Shown: piece by piece, positions 33,619 to 45,829 of the stretch | Layout: each line of letters begins with the position of its first letter | Position numbering within the stretch: position 1 is the first letter of the stretch | Origin: Selaginella moellendorffii | Taxonomy: Eukaryota > Plantae > Lycopodiophyta | DNA: 64,000 bases | NCBI RefSeq assembly: GCF_000143415.4 | Contig: NW_003314287.1 | Coordinates: forward strand, 580,203 to 644,202 | Reading direction: 5' to 3' | The notes under the pieces: model-generated | The model's database searches: none | What the model was told of the DNA's origin: nothing | Seen by the model: only the letters and a program-made list of their open reading frames with translations | Position numbers and translations under genes: made by a program

Positions 33619-34309
33619 TACAAACCTGTAAAAACTTTAAGCCTAAACCTTAAACCATGGAGCCTGCCCTTTTAAATGTGGAATATCCTTGTTAGCCCTA
33701 AATGTGAACTTTATACATCGACACAGGGGGAAGTCGTCAGCGTCCGGATCACGTATGTCGCATGGGCGAGATCCACAAGCGCGTGCTAGGCATCGCGATT
33801 CCCGCTGTTTACACTTCGAAGGGCGTGAAGGCGTGCCTAGAACTTTGGATGTCCAGTTCTAGCTGCTTGGCAAGACACGCAAGGACCGCCATCGAGACAG
33901 TGATAAGAAGTTAGGAACTAGTAACGGCTCGAGGGTGCTGTTCACGTAGGAGATGAGCTTGGCCGGCATGCAGAGGTCGGAGCTGAATTTCTACGCCCTG
34001 GCGGCCGCGTCCAGGGTGCCGCTGGTGACGAGGACACGCACTCGGAGCTTGCTCCTCGAGGATGTGAAAGACGGAAGACCTGAAAGACTTTTGAGGATCA
34101 GCAGGTCCAAGTACCCGTATCCAGTCCATTTACATTCTCACAGAGTCTAAGAGCTTAATAATCTCAAGAGCCGAGAAACCAGACTCTGTGATCCAAATGG
34201 ACATGAATCGTTCTAGTTTTCTTTTGTTTTCCTCACAAGGATCCTTGAGAAGAAAACTGCATTTTGCGCGTTGCCTCCAATGGATCCACATCCAACCTCT
34301 GGAGTAGAT

Positions 34310-34705
34310 GAAAGTTTCTTCGATACTCCTCTTTGTTTTTGTTTTTGATCCTGACCTTTTAGAACATGCAAGTCCCTATAGGGATCTTGTAGACCCACTT
34401 TACAAAATAAGCATATGGTGTGAATAATCTGTGGCACAGGCAGCTGGAAGGCCCTACAATGCTTCCAGGGGCTTCCAGCTGCCTGTGCAGCAGATTATTC
34501 ATACCATAGTCCCACTTTAAGGTGAAGAAGAATGTGCTGCGTAGTTTGCAAATTCAAGTAAGAAAAAACAGTTGAAGTAAGAACGATGAAGTTTTGCTGC
34601 GTTTTTGCTTAGGAACTTGTTAAAGCTAGCAGAGGAGAAGGGTGTCAAGTACATCCCATCTCTTGTTTGTTTAAATTTTCAGGATTGAGAGTTATGCAGA
34701 CAATG
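34310..34705 (+). pseudogene. Degenerate intron-containing fragment of the macrodomain gene at 40304-41958
   Basis: Colinear with the minus strand of 40520-40870: intron GATACTCCTCTTT..., exon AGGGGCTTCCAGCTGCCTGTGCAG, exon GGAACT..AAAGCT..GGAGAAGGGTGTCAAGTACATC, then GTTATGCAGA. Confidence 0.88.
34414..34508. ncRNA. Candidate miRNA-like hairpin (42-bp stem, 11-nt loop)
   Basis: Arms 34414-34455 and 34467-34508 pair with 38 Watson-Crick pairs, 2 G-U pairs and 2 mismatches. Expression is not shown. Confidence 0.5.
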
Positions 34706-35026
34706 CTTCCAAGATTTTGTTGAATACCAACAAAGAAAATGGGTGATCGATTTTTTTTTGTTTTTCTTTCTCTTCTTGCTTTGATCAATGGAACCTTTCT
34801 GCTTTTCCTTTTAGTAAATATATTTTGTTTTGGAGAATGCTTTTTCCAAGATAAATACTTTTCATGTGGAATTGAAGCTTTTTAATAGGAAAATATTAAA
34901 AGTATATCAAGTTATCAACACCAACATATATTAATTTACCATAGACAGCAAGATTGCGTTGAGAATCCATCCTTACAATACTTTAAAATGTTAAATAATA
35001 AAAATAAAATTATAAATTGCTAGATT

Positions 35027-35646
35027 TGTGACTGCATGGAATATGGAAAGGGAATACAGAAATGTACATATCAATTAGCCCAAAAACCCTAGCTTATATA
35101 CAAGAGCGAGTGGTCCGGATTGAAACCAATCCGACAGCTACCAAAATCCCATTACGTTAATATTAATATACGGCATCGTAGCCGTACATTTGGCCCTCAC
35201 ATCATCCCCTCCTCTCGGAATAATGGAAGACCATCAGGGTTTTCTTGTAGATGGGCCGGGATCTGGAGGAACATCAGGAGGAGGCATCGGCGGATCTGTA
35301 GATGGTATTAACCGCACCTGATCCCTTTGTATGAAGTGTTTTAACCGTTGCATATGCACAATCTTTGGAGGATCGGCTTGTTGGACGTCATGTTGAACCT
35401 CATAAACTTGTGGTCCAACTTGCCGCAACACTCAATACGGTCCTTTCCACTGTGCAAAGAGCCCCTTAGATAAACCATGTACCGTAAGATGGGGAAAACA
35501 GACTAACACCAAATCATCCACTTTGTACTCCGCAGGTGGATGATGATGGGAGTTGTAGCGCTGTTGTTGTCCCACTTGTATGCGGCCTAAGTGTTCAGCA
35601 GACTCCGCTCAGACAAATGGAAGAATGCTTGTCAAATATTGATCCC
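35027..35646 (-). mobile_element. Truncated copy of the Gypsy element: integrase 3' end, PPT and 3' LTR (35027-35201)
   Basis: Reverse complement of about 16303-16922. Confidence 0.95.
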
Positions 35647-38600
35647 CTCTCAAAGCATTTCAATGTGCTGATTACCGCTGCTTCCTAAAGGCATTACCAC
35701 AACACGTGGCCTCCATCAAGTGGAACCATCGGGCAGGAACATGTTATGAACATCCTAGTGTCTAGCTCGTACCGAAACTGTGAAAAGCTCGTTGTCCTTT
35801 GTGATCAAAACAGGAAGGCCCCTATTCCGGAAGGGACTTGAGCTTCCTCCAGCCGTCGTGTATGTCAGTGTGCAATGTCCCTTTAGAGCACGTTGTTGGA
35901 CTTCGAGAAGATCGTTTCTGTTATTTTTGCAAACTTTGCAGTCCTCAGCGAACAGGTGCCATTGAAACAGCCTTTGCAGCTACGATCATCGCTTCATTGC
36001 CACCACGATATAAGATATCTCTTCATATAGTACGTGTTCTCGTTCGGAAATAGTACACTCTCGTTGGGTTGTTGACTAGCTACCTCCCATATGATATGAG
36101 TTAGCAAACGTGACATCATTCAGAGGACTATCATAAAATATTTTAACCTATTAGTTTGCCACCATGATTTTCAAATGACTCCCAAGTCAAATATCTCTTA
36201 TACACACTTGTTCATTTGCTCCTTTTAAGGATATTAAATGCCACTTTTGACAAGATAAGCATCTTGAGTGGGGATGCTTTGGCAAGTGTGCACAGACTTG
36301 GTTTGATTAATAAGACTAAATAACTTTGGAAACTGAATCAAGAGTTTCTTAACATCATGCTCCTGCTCTATAGCAGAGAGCAAAAAGCGTAAATAGCAAA
36401 GATGGAAGATTTTTAAGCACAACTATTTGACCAGTGCTTGATAGCAATAAGAGGAGGATGCCTTGGAATGTGAGGAATTTTTTATCAAAATCATATTACA
36501 CCCTAACAACTCACAATCAATTAACACTTGAGATAATATCATAAACTTGGTTGAACAATGAAAGGGTGTATATAAATATTTTGTCACATATTGAGAAAGA
36601 AAGAGTCACACACTTTTGAGAAAGCATAGGTTTTAGGGTTTGGAGAGTGAGATTGGAGGTGCATGAGGGCTTATGCATTTTTTAGAACACATTATTCGAG
36701 GGAAATAATATATTGGTATAATGTATAGCACAATTCCCTTAATTTTGACATTCAAAACATTGTGGATGACAAATATAGTTTAATACCATATGCCCGCATG
36801 CAAAAAATCATGAACCACAACCATAACCTTGATGTTTGCTACCTCCAAACACTGTCACACCCACCACAATAACTATTATGCCTTTGTACACACTCACATC
36901 ACTATTTTGCCTCTATATATGATCATATGTGCCATGGCTTGTTAGTTGCTACTGTAAGTATAGCAAATAAAATTCAAAAGACAATCGAAGAATTCTACAG
37001 AGAGATGAAAAACTACTTAACATCTCCATCCAGGGAAGAGGTATGTTTAGATTACCAAAGTCTCATACTTATAATACAAACAATCAATTGTTTAAATTAT
37101 ACTAATGTGTCAACCTAGATTAGATACAATAATCTTGTTTATATCTAGATTATTTTTAAATTTACTTTGGCACATCAAACACAATTTCATGCTGCAATTT
37201 ATCTATAATAGCTCTTTTTTCCTAGAATTTTAGACTGGAACTGACTGGGAAGTCCAAATTCAAGAATTTACACATAATAATTTTCCTCTAGCATTTCTAA
37301 AAAGATTATATATTAATCGAAAATTCTTTTTGATTGTTTACAATCAACCATGCTTTCTTGCAAGTGCACACCTCATAAGCCCTTGAACCCATATGGATTA
37401 TATCTCAAATCAAGTTGTTTACATAATGATAATTGATAATTTTTTCTAATCTACTCAATTGATATGGAATATTTCTAGATTGTCTATTTTTTTCCTCCAC
37501 CACCTTTATAAATGTCTTGTCATCTCACTTGCACCATCTCATTGCCTTAAGAACTTGAACTTGAGCTTATCCTAGTTTTTAACAACCCAATATATATTTA
37601 TAGTCATTGAGTTTTTGTCTACTATAAAAAGAAAAATTGTGTAAGCTTCTGAGTTCATGCTTCATGCATAATATTATTTAAACCAAAATATTCTTAACTC
37701 CTCCTAAAATTGTTAACTAATTAAAGAAAAGAATGCACTTTTATTTATGGGCTTTTTATTTTTATATTTAAATGCTACTCTCCTTTGGCTGCTAAAATCT
37801 AGAGTAAAATTAAATTTTAAACCATTTCTTTTGATTGCTTATGATTTGGTATAGAAGCTAACAAAGCTTTGTAAAGTCAATATTTTATTTTAACTGAGAT
37901 AATAAGTATTAAGTTGAGTCCTCAAAAGTCCATAACTTATACCATTGAAAATTATAATTATTCTTTCAATAAGCACTATAAAAGTTGTATCAACTTCTAA
38001 TTCTTGCTATGCAAGTATAAGCCTCAATAATTTGTCATACTTTTGTGTGGTCATCAATATCTAAGAGCTGGATAAACTTATAAGAAAATGGAAGCTCTTG
38101 TCAAAGCAAGTGGTGGAATCTTGATAATAATTGAAAACCACTTTGTAGAAACTTTTGGACAAATTAACTTTGAAATTGATCCTTTCTATCATGCAAAGCA
38201 TATGAGAAAAGGCACTAATATACAAAATATTCACAACTTCACTTCATAAATCGTTGTAAAGCCTTCCAAGTTTATGAAATCTTTCATTCCAAGGGATTTC
38301 AATTTTTAGAGCTTATGAGGAGAAAAATAAGTTCTTAAGAAACTTTTCACACTTGAATTGAGAGTTGAACTTTAAACCTATTACATTATGAAACAAGGGT
38401 TTGGTATACACTTAATATCCTCTATAAGGACTAGCTGCTTATATCTTCAAAATAGTGTCAATGGCCTTATGCAAGGAATAGGGTCCCCTACCAATTAAAA
38501 TAGCCAGATGTAGAACAAGAAGTGATATACTTAGTGAGAGCTAAATTAATATCTCAAGTGGTTGGCCATATGTAAGTAACCAAAAAGAATAATTCAAAAG

Positions 38601-39429
38601 ACGATTTGTAAAGGTTCAAATATAGAAAGAAAAAATCTATGAATACTGTTTTCACTTGGTTAAAGGTTTTAAGATACTTATGGTTAAGCTTTTTTGGGTT
38701 TAAATGATGACCTCTCGCAAAATCTAAGCTTAAGAGCCTACAGTTGGTATCAAGAAAATTTTGGGTTTGACTTTGTTATTTGGCTAGGGGAATCACACCA
38801 TATAACCTTTTGGGAAGTCTAAACTCATGAGGTTATATTTAGTATTAGAGAGGTATCAAATTTAACTCTTTTAGTTGGCTAGAAAATTACATCACATGTT
38901 GAGATTGTTTAAACTTAGAAGTTTACATTTGGTATCATGGAAGTTTTGGGTTTAATTTTATTAGTGCTAAGGGAATTAAATTATATGTTAAGATTAACAT
39001 CTGGTAAAGGTTTAATTTACCTTTGGCTGGGTTTGACTTTAAGCAAAAGTTTAGCAAATATAAATATGTATTCTTAGAAAAGGAAATTAAAATGATTTTC
39101 TTTTAATATTATTTATTTTTAATTTTCTTTTCAAAGATCCTAAGCAATTTAGAAATATTACATATGTCAATCTAAAATTTTTAAAATAAAAAAAACATAT
39201 AAAATATCAAAGAAAATTAACTTTTACTGTATAATATAGCAAATTATTATATAATTTTAAAGATTTTTCTTTAATAAAAACAGATAAATACTTTGTAAAA
39301 GAAATTACTTTATAATCAAGAATAAAAAATATTTATCATAAGATTTTTTATTTCTCACACAAGTGTTATATGTCTTAAAACACAGAGAATATATTTAATT
39401 TATATAATTATTTAATAAAGCTACTTTTT

Positions 39430-40310
39430 TATAAAAGAAATTAGATACTCACAATACCTCTATAATATTTTCTCAAAAATATTATTTTAGTTTATTTTGT
39501 TATTTTACAATTTCAAAATTAAATCTTTATTTTAAAATTTTAAAAATTTTAATGTTCACAGTTATCAAAGGAAACACTACTTCTTCTTGAAATTACCTTT
39601 TATTTACCCTTTGTTCATCATATTAAAAAAGGTAATTATTTTTGCAAATAAAAATATTTTCATAAAACAAAGAATAACATTAATTAATTTTCTATTTTAT
39701 TTTGCAGATAAACACTTCCAAGTTCGATATACTTGAAAATTGGTTATATATTAAAGCATGGGACACTTAGTATCTTTTTCTTTTTATTAAGCTTTGTTAA
39801 GCTTGCAATCTTTAATTTTGGAATTTCAAACTTCCAAGTATATTGAGTTTTTTAAGATTTTGTATTTGAACTTTAACGGGTAATACTTTCCTTTGTTTTT
39901 CTTGATAAATACAATTTGGTTTTGCATAGCTCATTACAATTTTAGGATTTACCACAATTTTTGGAGTGCTATCATTTTTTTAATGGTATACTCCTTTTTA
40001 AAACATTTTTTTTATAAACTTTTGATTTGTAATTTTAAGAAAATTTTATATTACATATAAAATATTTTAGAATTATTGTAATCACTCTTGCTTTTATAGT
40101 TACTTATATATTTCTAATCAATTTTAACTATATTTAATCAACTCTTTTACTATCAATTTTACTAAATTTTATATAGATTTTATATAAAGTTTTTCTAAAA
40201 TAATTAGATTTTAAAATTTTAGTTTGAAAAAGTTTTTAGTTTGTGTTTTTAAAGTAAATTATTTTACTTGAACATTTGTTTAATCTTAAATGTTCAATTA
40301 AGATTACCCA
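39430..40310. repeat. Old AT-rich dispersed repeat; a second copy at about 17070-17700 plus 19440-19715 is split by the solo LTR
   Basis: Colinear blocks, e.g. AATCA.TTTTAACTATATTT..CAACTCTTTTAC and CTTAAATGTT.AATTAA.ATTA.CC, at both loci. Confidence 0.6.
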
Positions 40311-41958
40311 CTCACATCGTGCTCAAAATTGAGTTTTGCTAAATCCACCCAAGTCTGCCAAGCACTAGGCTCAAACAAAACAAAATGGATCTACATAAAC
40401 GAAAACAGGAAAGTTCAAGCAAGATAGAAGGAGAACAAAATAAGGATCACTCACCTCTGAAAAGCCCTCAGAATTTTCTTTGATGGTATTCAACGAGATC
40501 TTGGCAGCGTCGTCCAATGGATATCTGCATAACATTCATTCAATCATCGAGGATTTAAACAAGGAAGCTTTTACCCGTAGATCCCACAGGAGATGGCCGG
40601 GAATGCGATGTACTTGACGCCCTTCTCCCTTGCAAGCTTTATCGAGTTCCTGAGCAAAAAAAGCAGCAAAGCTTCATTATTCTTTTTTCTTTTCTCACTT
40701 TTACCTGTAGGCACTTGCAAGATAAGCAGCACAGTCATCTTTCACTTCCTTGTCATAAACCGGGCCTACGGTGTGGATAATCCGCTGCACAGGCAGCTGG
40801 AAGCCCCTAGAAAAAAACTTCAATCAAGAACAAAATGAAAAAGAGGAGTACCAAGAAGAAAACTTACGGTGTCTCCACGGCCATTCCAACGCCACAACGA
40901 ACACCACCGTGGCTAGGCAAGTCCCTACAAGCACGGAGTAGCTCTCCTCCAGCGGCACGATGGATCGCTGCAAGAAAAGAAAGAAAGAAAGAAAGAATTG
41001 TCTTACGATCGATCAAACACTAAAGCTTTGGAAGAAAAGAAAAAAAGAAAAAGAAACCTTACGAACCTCCGTCCACTCCACCGCCTCCCATCATTAGCTC
41101 GTTGGCCGCATTCACGATGGCATCCGACTCTCCATCAATCTTCCACTTTGTGATATCCCCTCGCTGGAGGACGAGCTTGCATTCTCCGGAAGGGAGCTTG
41201 AACTTGAGCGCCTGGGGAAGGAGATCCGGCTGCGAAGAGCTGGAGAAGGACCTCATGGCTGCCTTGGAGCGTTTAGTGGTCGCCACCCCTTCACCACTCG
41301 AGAGGAAGCCACGCTTCCCACATGAAAAGGAAAGCCCCATTGTGGACGTGGACAAAGAGTTTTTAACTATTTGTTCTTCCTCGCTTTGGTAGCGTTTTCT
41401 CGCTAGCCGAGCAGTGAGAAGATCTCCTCCTTCTCCTCCTCCTCCTCCTCCTTCTCCTTCTTCATAGTTTTTCACCGTCCTTCGCTCGAGGAGATGATGA
41501 TCCACGCTGCCAAACTGGAGCTCCTCCAGGCTTGCTGGAAGAAGAGAGGGAGCAAGCTGCTGGATCATGCCATCTTGCTGAGATTTTTCCAGGCTTTTGG
41601 CCTGGATGGAGACCATTTCCATGGTGCCAAACTGGAAAACGTCCAAGCTGCCGAACTGGAACTTCCAGTTTGCGAGAAGAGGCTCGCCGCGCTTGTCCCG
41701 ATCGTGCCGGGTGATTGTCGCTGCCACTCTGTGTGAATCCCGGCGCTGGAAAGAGCTGCTGTGGATGTGGATCCATTCTTGCGCGGCATTGATCGCGGCC
41801 ACGTCCATTGGAGCAGCAAAATGCCTGGAAGATCGAAGAGGAGGATTCTTTTCGCTCACCAGAGATCTTGAATCGCCGCGGCTGGAGATACTCCTGGAAA
41901 TGTGGGGTGACCTCGAGAATCTAGCAACAGACCCCAAAAATAATTTCCAGCGCCTCAT
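40304..41958 (-). CDS. MacroD-type macrodomain protein (ADP-ribosylhydrolase / O-acetyl-ADP-ribose deacetylase-like) with long N-terminal extension, 6 exons
   Basis: GDITKW, AIVNAAN, GGGGVDGAIH, IIHTVGP, AFPAISCGIYGYP, IHFVLF; Arg/Ser-rich N-terminus resembling a mitochondrial presequence. Confidence 0.92.
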
Positions 41959-42757
41959 CGTCTCATCAAACACAAACATTCCCTCCCCTGTTCTAGGGCA
42001 AAAGGGTTAGGGTTCTTCGCGACAACGATGGCGTTTAGCGGGAGCGCTAGCAATTCCAGGTGATTCTCTCTCGCTCTCTCTCGCTCTCTCCTCATTGTCT
42101 AGATCCGATCTTCCAGGCAGAGGCAGAGCTCCAATCGGCTGCCACAGCGGGAGGAACACGTCCAGCTCCGGATTGATCCCGTCCACGGCGATCTCGACGA
42201 TCACGTCCAGGATCTCCACCAGCGAGTGGTCCTCTTGAAGAATGTAAGGGTTTGGATCAATCAAGAGAAGATTCTCACGACCGATCTCCACAGGTTGCGA
42301 AGGAAATCGAGCAGGAAACGAAGTACCAAAATGACCTTCTCAATCAGCTGGTATAATCGTTTGATCTATCATAGCTCTCTCTTTTCTTCGATGATATCTT
42401 CTTTTTTGTTTGCTCGATCAGCTCTTATCTTTCTTCCTTTTTTTGTTCTTCATTCTCCTAGGAAGAAACGATGGCCAAGGCTGGCGCTGGGCTCAAGAAC
42501 AGCATGAACAGACTATCCAGAGCGATGGCACAACATAGCTCCAACCACGTCCTCCACGTCGTCATGTTTGCTCTGGTTTGCTTCTTCTTTGTATACCTCT
42601 GGTCTCGATTTTCCAGATAGTAACAACTGATCTTATTTGCGATCGATCGATCACACCTTCTCTCTTGCTTTGAGGTAAAGGAAGGTCTTTCCATTCCAAG
42701 AAATTTTCTAAAGATGTTACAACACACAGGTTATAAATCAAAAGACTTATAGCTGCT

Positions 42758-44214
42758 CTAGTGCCGCTCCACCACTGCTCCCAAGCTGTCCGTGACGAAG
42801 AACCTCAGCGTCCTGGGGTTGACAACCTCCAGCGTGCACAGATCCCCGATCCTCATCTTGTAGTGCTTGACGATGGCCGACCAGCCCTGCGTGAGCATCC
42901 GCTTCCTCGCCACAATCCACCTCATTTCCCATTCTTTGCCGGCTCTGTCAACCAGCTTCACCATGCACGTCTGTGGCGGAAGCCACCGCAACGCAAACGC
43001 CTTCTCGATCGTCTGGAGGAACCAAAGTCAGGCAAAGGAGACGAAAAGAGCGACTCTTACCAGTCGAGAGTAGGGAGCGACGTTGGTCGTCCGGATGGGA
43101 ATGGTTATCCTCGGCAGTGGAGTTGTAGCAGCAGCAGCAGCAGCAGTAGCAGCGGTAGCAGCGGTAGCATCAGACGCAGCAGCAATTTGAGGCTTGGTCT
43201 CCAAAACGTTCACTGGATTCTCCGGCTCGGCAACAGGAGTATCGGGTGCCGTGACAGCAGGATTCTCCACCACGCCAGTGTTATTCGTAACGTCCGGCTC
43301 CGGTGCAGCAGGGTTGGCAGCAGCAGCCGCCTCGATGGCGGAGACAGAAATAAAGACCTTGAAGTTCTTCCTCTCGGTTTTCAGCACCAGGTGTATTCCT
43401 GCTTCCTCCGCGGCACCTCGTCCTCCAGACATATCGATCTCTAGCGGTTCCTGTGCTGTTCCCAGTGACTGCCTTCGCTCTGCTCTTTCCGGGGTTACCA
43501 TCTCGCTGGCTGGTGTTACTGGTGTTGCTGCTGCTACCGGTGCAGCATGAACTTCACCATCCTCCAACCGAGCAGCTTTACTTGGAGGACCATGCTCGAG
43601 CTCTTGCTCCTGGGCAGTCCTCTTCCTCAGTTCAAACTGATCTTCCGACTCTGGAGCTGGAGTAGTGGCAGTCGCAGGTGCAGTAGCAGCAGCAGTAGCA
43701 GCAGCAGCCGGATCTTCCACAAACTTTGAGGCTACAGTTTCTTCTTCCACGCCCGGCATCGCGGTCTCTGCAACAGCCGACTCCACCTCCGGCTGCTCCT
43801 GCTTCACCTTGACATTCCGCCTGGCATCCGAGTCCTCCCCGGCCCGCGTTATCTTCACCGAGAAGAGGCTGGGACTGAGCATGGTGAACATCACCTGGTC
43901 GTCGATCTCGAGCTCGTTGTCCCTCGCAAACGCAGTCCACCCGGGCCCCCGAAACGCATACGTGGAGCTCTTCAGCACCGCAACCTTCACCACCCATTTC
44001 TTGTGGGAGTTGATCTTGAGCACCGCTTCGCTGGCCAGCTTGCCGCGCTGCTCGTCGTGAAACTCCTTTGGAATAGGCTGTGGCAAGGCATCACGAGTTA
44101 GTTCGTCTTCTAGAGATCGAGAGAGCTTACCAGGCATCCCGGGTAGTCCTTTGATACCGCTACTCGAGTGATCGTCTTTGTGAAACACGGCAGTGTGCCG
44201 ATCTTGGAGCCCAT
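42758..44214 (-). CDS. Two-B3-domain REM-like transcription factor, 3 exons
   Basis: Exon 1 MGSK..PCFTKTI..GCL splices to PIPKEF..W.V..GPGWTAFARDNELEIDDQVMF; Ala/Pro/Glu-rich linker; second B3 LVDRAGKEWEM..LTQGWSAIVKHYKMRIGDLC. Confidence 0.9.
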
Positions 44215-44338
44215 CTCACTCTCCCAGTCTCTAAGTCTCTCCGAGTCCCACAGGACCATTACCCTTCCTCGACTCACTCTAAAAACCTAACAGCAAAAAG
44301 AAAGTCTCTACTCTACCTCTCACTCCCTGTTTCCTAGC

Positions 44339-45560
44339 TTAACTATCGGAACCACGACCTCTTTTCTCGCCCCTTCTCTTTTCTCTAGCAGCCTCTTCCT
44401 CCCTCCGTCTATAATCACCTCGATATCGTCCTCCTCGCTGTGGAGTGGCCTCCGGCTGCGAGCTTCGAGCGTTTCCCAGTCCACCACCGAGTCTCTTTGG
44501 AAGCCAGTTCTTGACCGTCCTGCCTCTCTCAACGTCTACGAGAATTCGGCGGTTGTCAATCTTGGTTCCATCAGCGTGCTTGTAAGCATCTGCAATCAAG
44601 GGAAAAAGAAAAGAAAACGTTTAGCTCGCTGTGTTGTACGCGAAGAGAAAACGAAACCCCACTTTTCATGTCTTGGCTGTGGTAGAATTCCACGAAGGCG
44701 TATCCGCGGGGCTTGCCAGTGTGCTTATCGTGGACAAGGCGTACCTAAGGAAAGAATCTTAGAGACACTGCGAAGGATAAAAGAAAGAAAAGACTCACCT
44801 GGCTAGCTATAGAGAGAGACAAGAGACCTCATTTGAGGAGAAGCATGAACTGGACTGAGACACACACCATCTTAGGCAAAAATAAAAAATAAAAAAAAAA
44901 TCATGCACTTACCACCATCTCGCACTCAAGCCATGGTACTTACCCTTTTAACCGGACCATACCGTTCGAATTCACGCTGTAGCCGGTGCTCGGTCGTCTC
45001 GTAGCTCTGGAAAGTTAATGGTAAAACGAATAGGAAAAAAAAAACGATGGGAGACAACTTACAAGCTTGCCGATGAAAAGCGTCTTGTATGGATCACCTC
45101 GAGCATTGGGATCGGAACGAGGATCATCTGGAAAGATCACGAGTGATGGTAGCGAAAGGAAAAAAAAGAAAGAACGAAAGTGAACTTACACTTTGGAATC
45201 TCTTCGGCCAATTTCTCCTTTCCCTTCTCCAAGCGAGCGGCATTCACTCTCGCCCTTCTTTCGGCGATGGTCTCCACTTTCGCCTGGGATTCCTGATCAT
45301 CGATCGATAGGTTCTCAAAACAGCTGACGAATTGCGCGATGCCAGTGTAGGGAGGCAATTCTTTCTTCTCGATCGGCTCCTTGTACTCCACCGGGGGCGG
45401 AGGATCGAACAGCCGCAGCAAATTTGGGGTTAATCCAGTCGGATGACTCTTGGCCAGCTGAAAAGGAGATCAAATCAAAGAGCGTAAAAAAGATAGAACT
45501 TACCTGCTTCAAATGCTTCACATATGGCGAGTCCTCTTTCCTCTGCCTGGGCTTGCCCAT
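44339..45560 (-). CDS. U1-70K: U1 snRNP 70 kDa protein, multi-exon, with short Arg-rich tail
   Basis: [40 protein letters not shown] (RNP1), [37 protein letters not shown]. Confidence 0.93.
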
Positions 45561-45829
45561 TGCTCTAGAACACGACGAACCCTAAATATCAGAGCGTTTT
45601 AGAAGGCGCTCCAACGGCTACGATGATTTTCCTACTCAACGGCCACGATGCCCTCATACATTGTCAGTGCGAATAAGAGGCAAGTACCGTGAATAGCTAG
45701 AAAATTTTTTAAAAAAAGTAGAAAGAGAACCTCCTGAGAATGCTTTTAACTCACTTGCATCCCCCTCAAGGCGATATCTTATGTTCGTTTCGTGGCTCCC
45801 AAGTTGATGGAGAGCCTCAAACTATATCC

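Noticed and set aside
33720-34150. GC-rich coding-like island with 65-72-aa ORFs
   Set aside because: No recognisable motif or gene structure; probably a gene relic.
38090-38230. Possible Mutator transposase relic (frame reading EIDPFYHAKHMRK) in the AT-rich 36-39 kb tract
   Set aside because: Too short and degenerate to support without a profile search.
43124-43170. (GCA/GTA)n triplet runs, also near 43680
   Set aside because: They encode the Ala/Thr low-complexity linker of the B3 protein.
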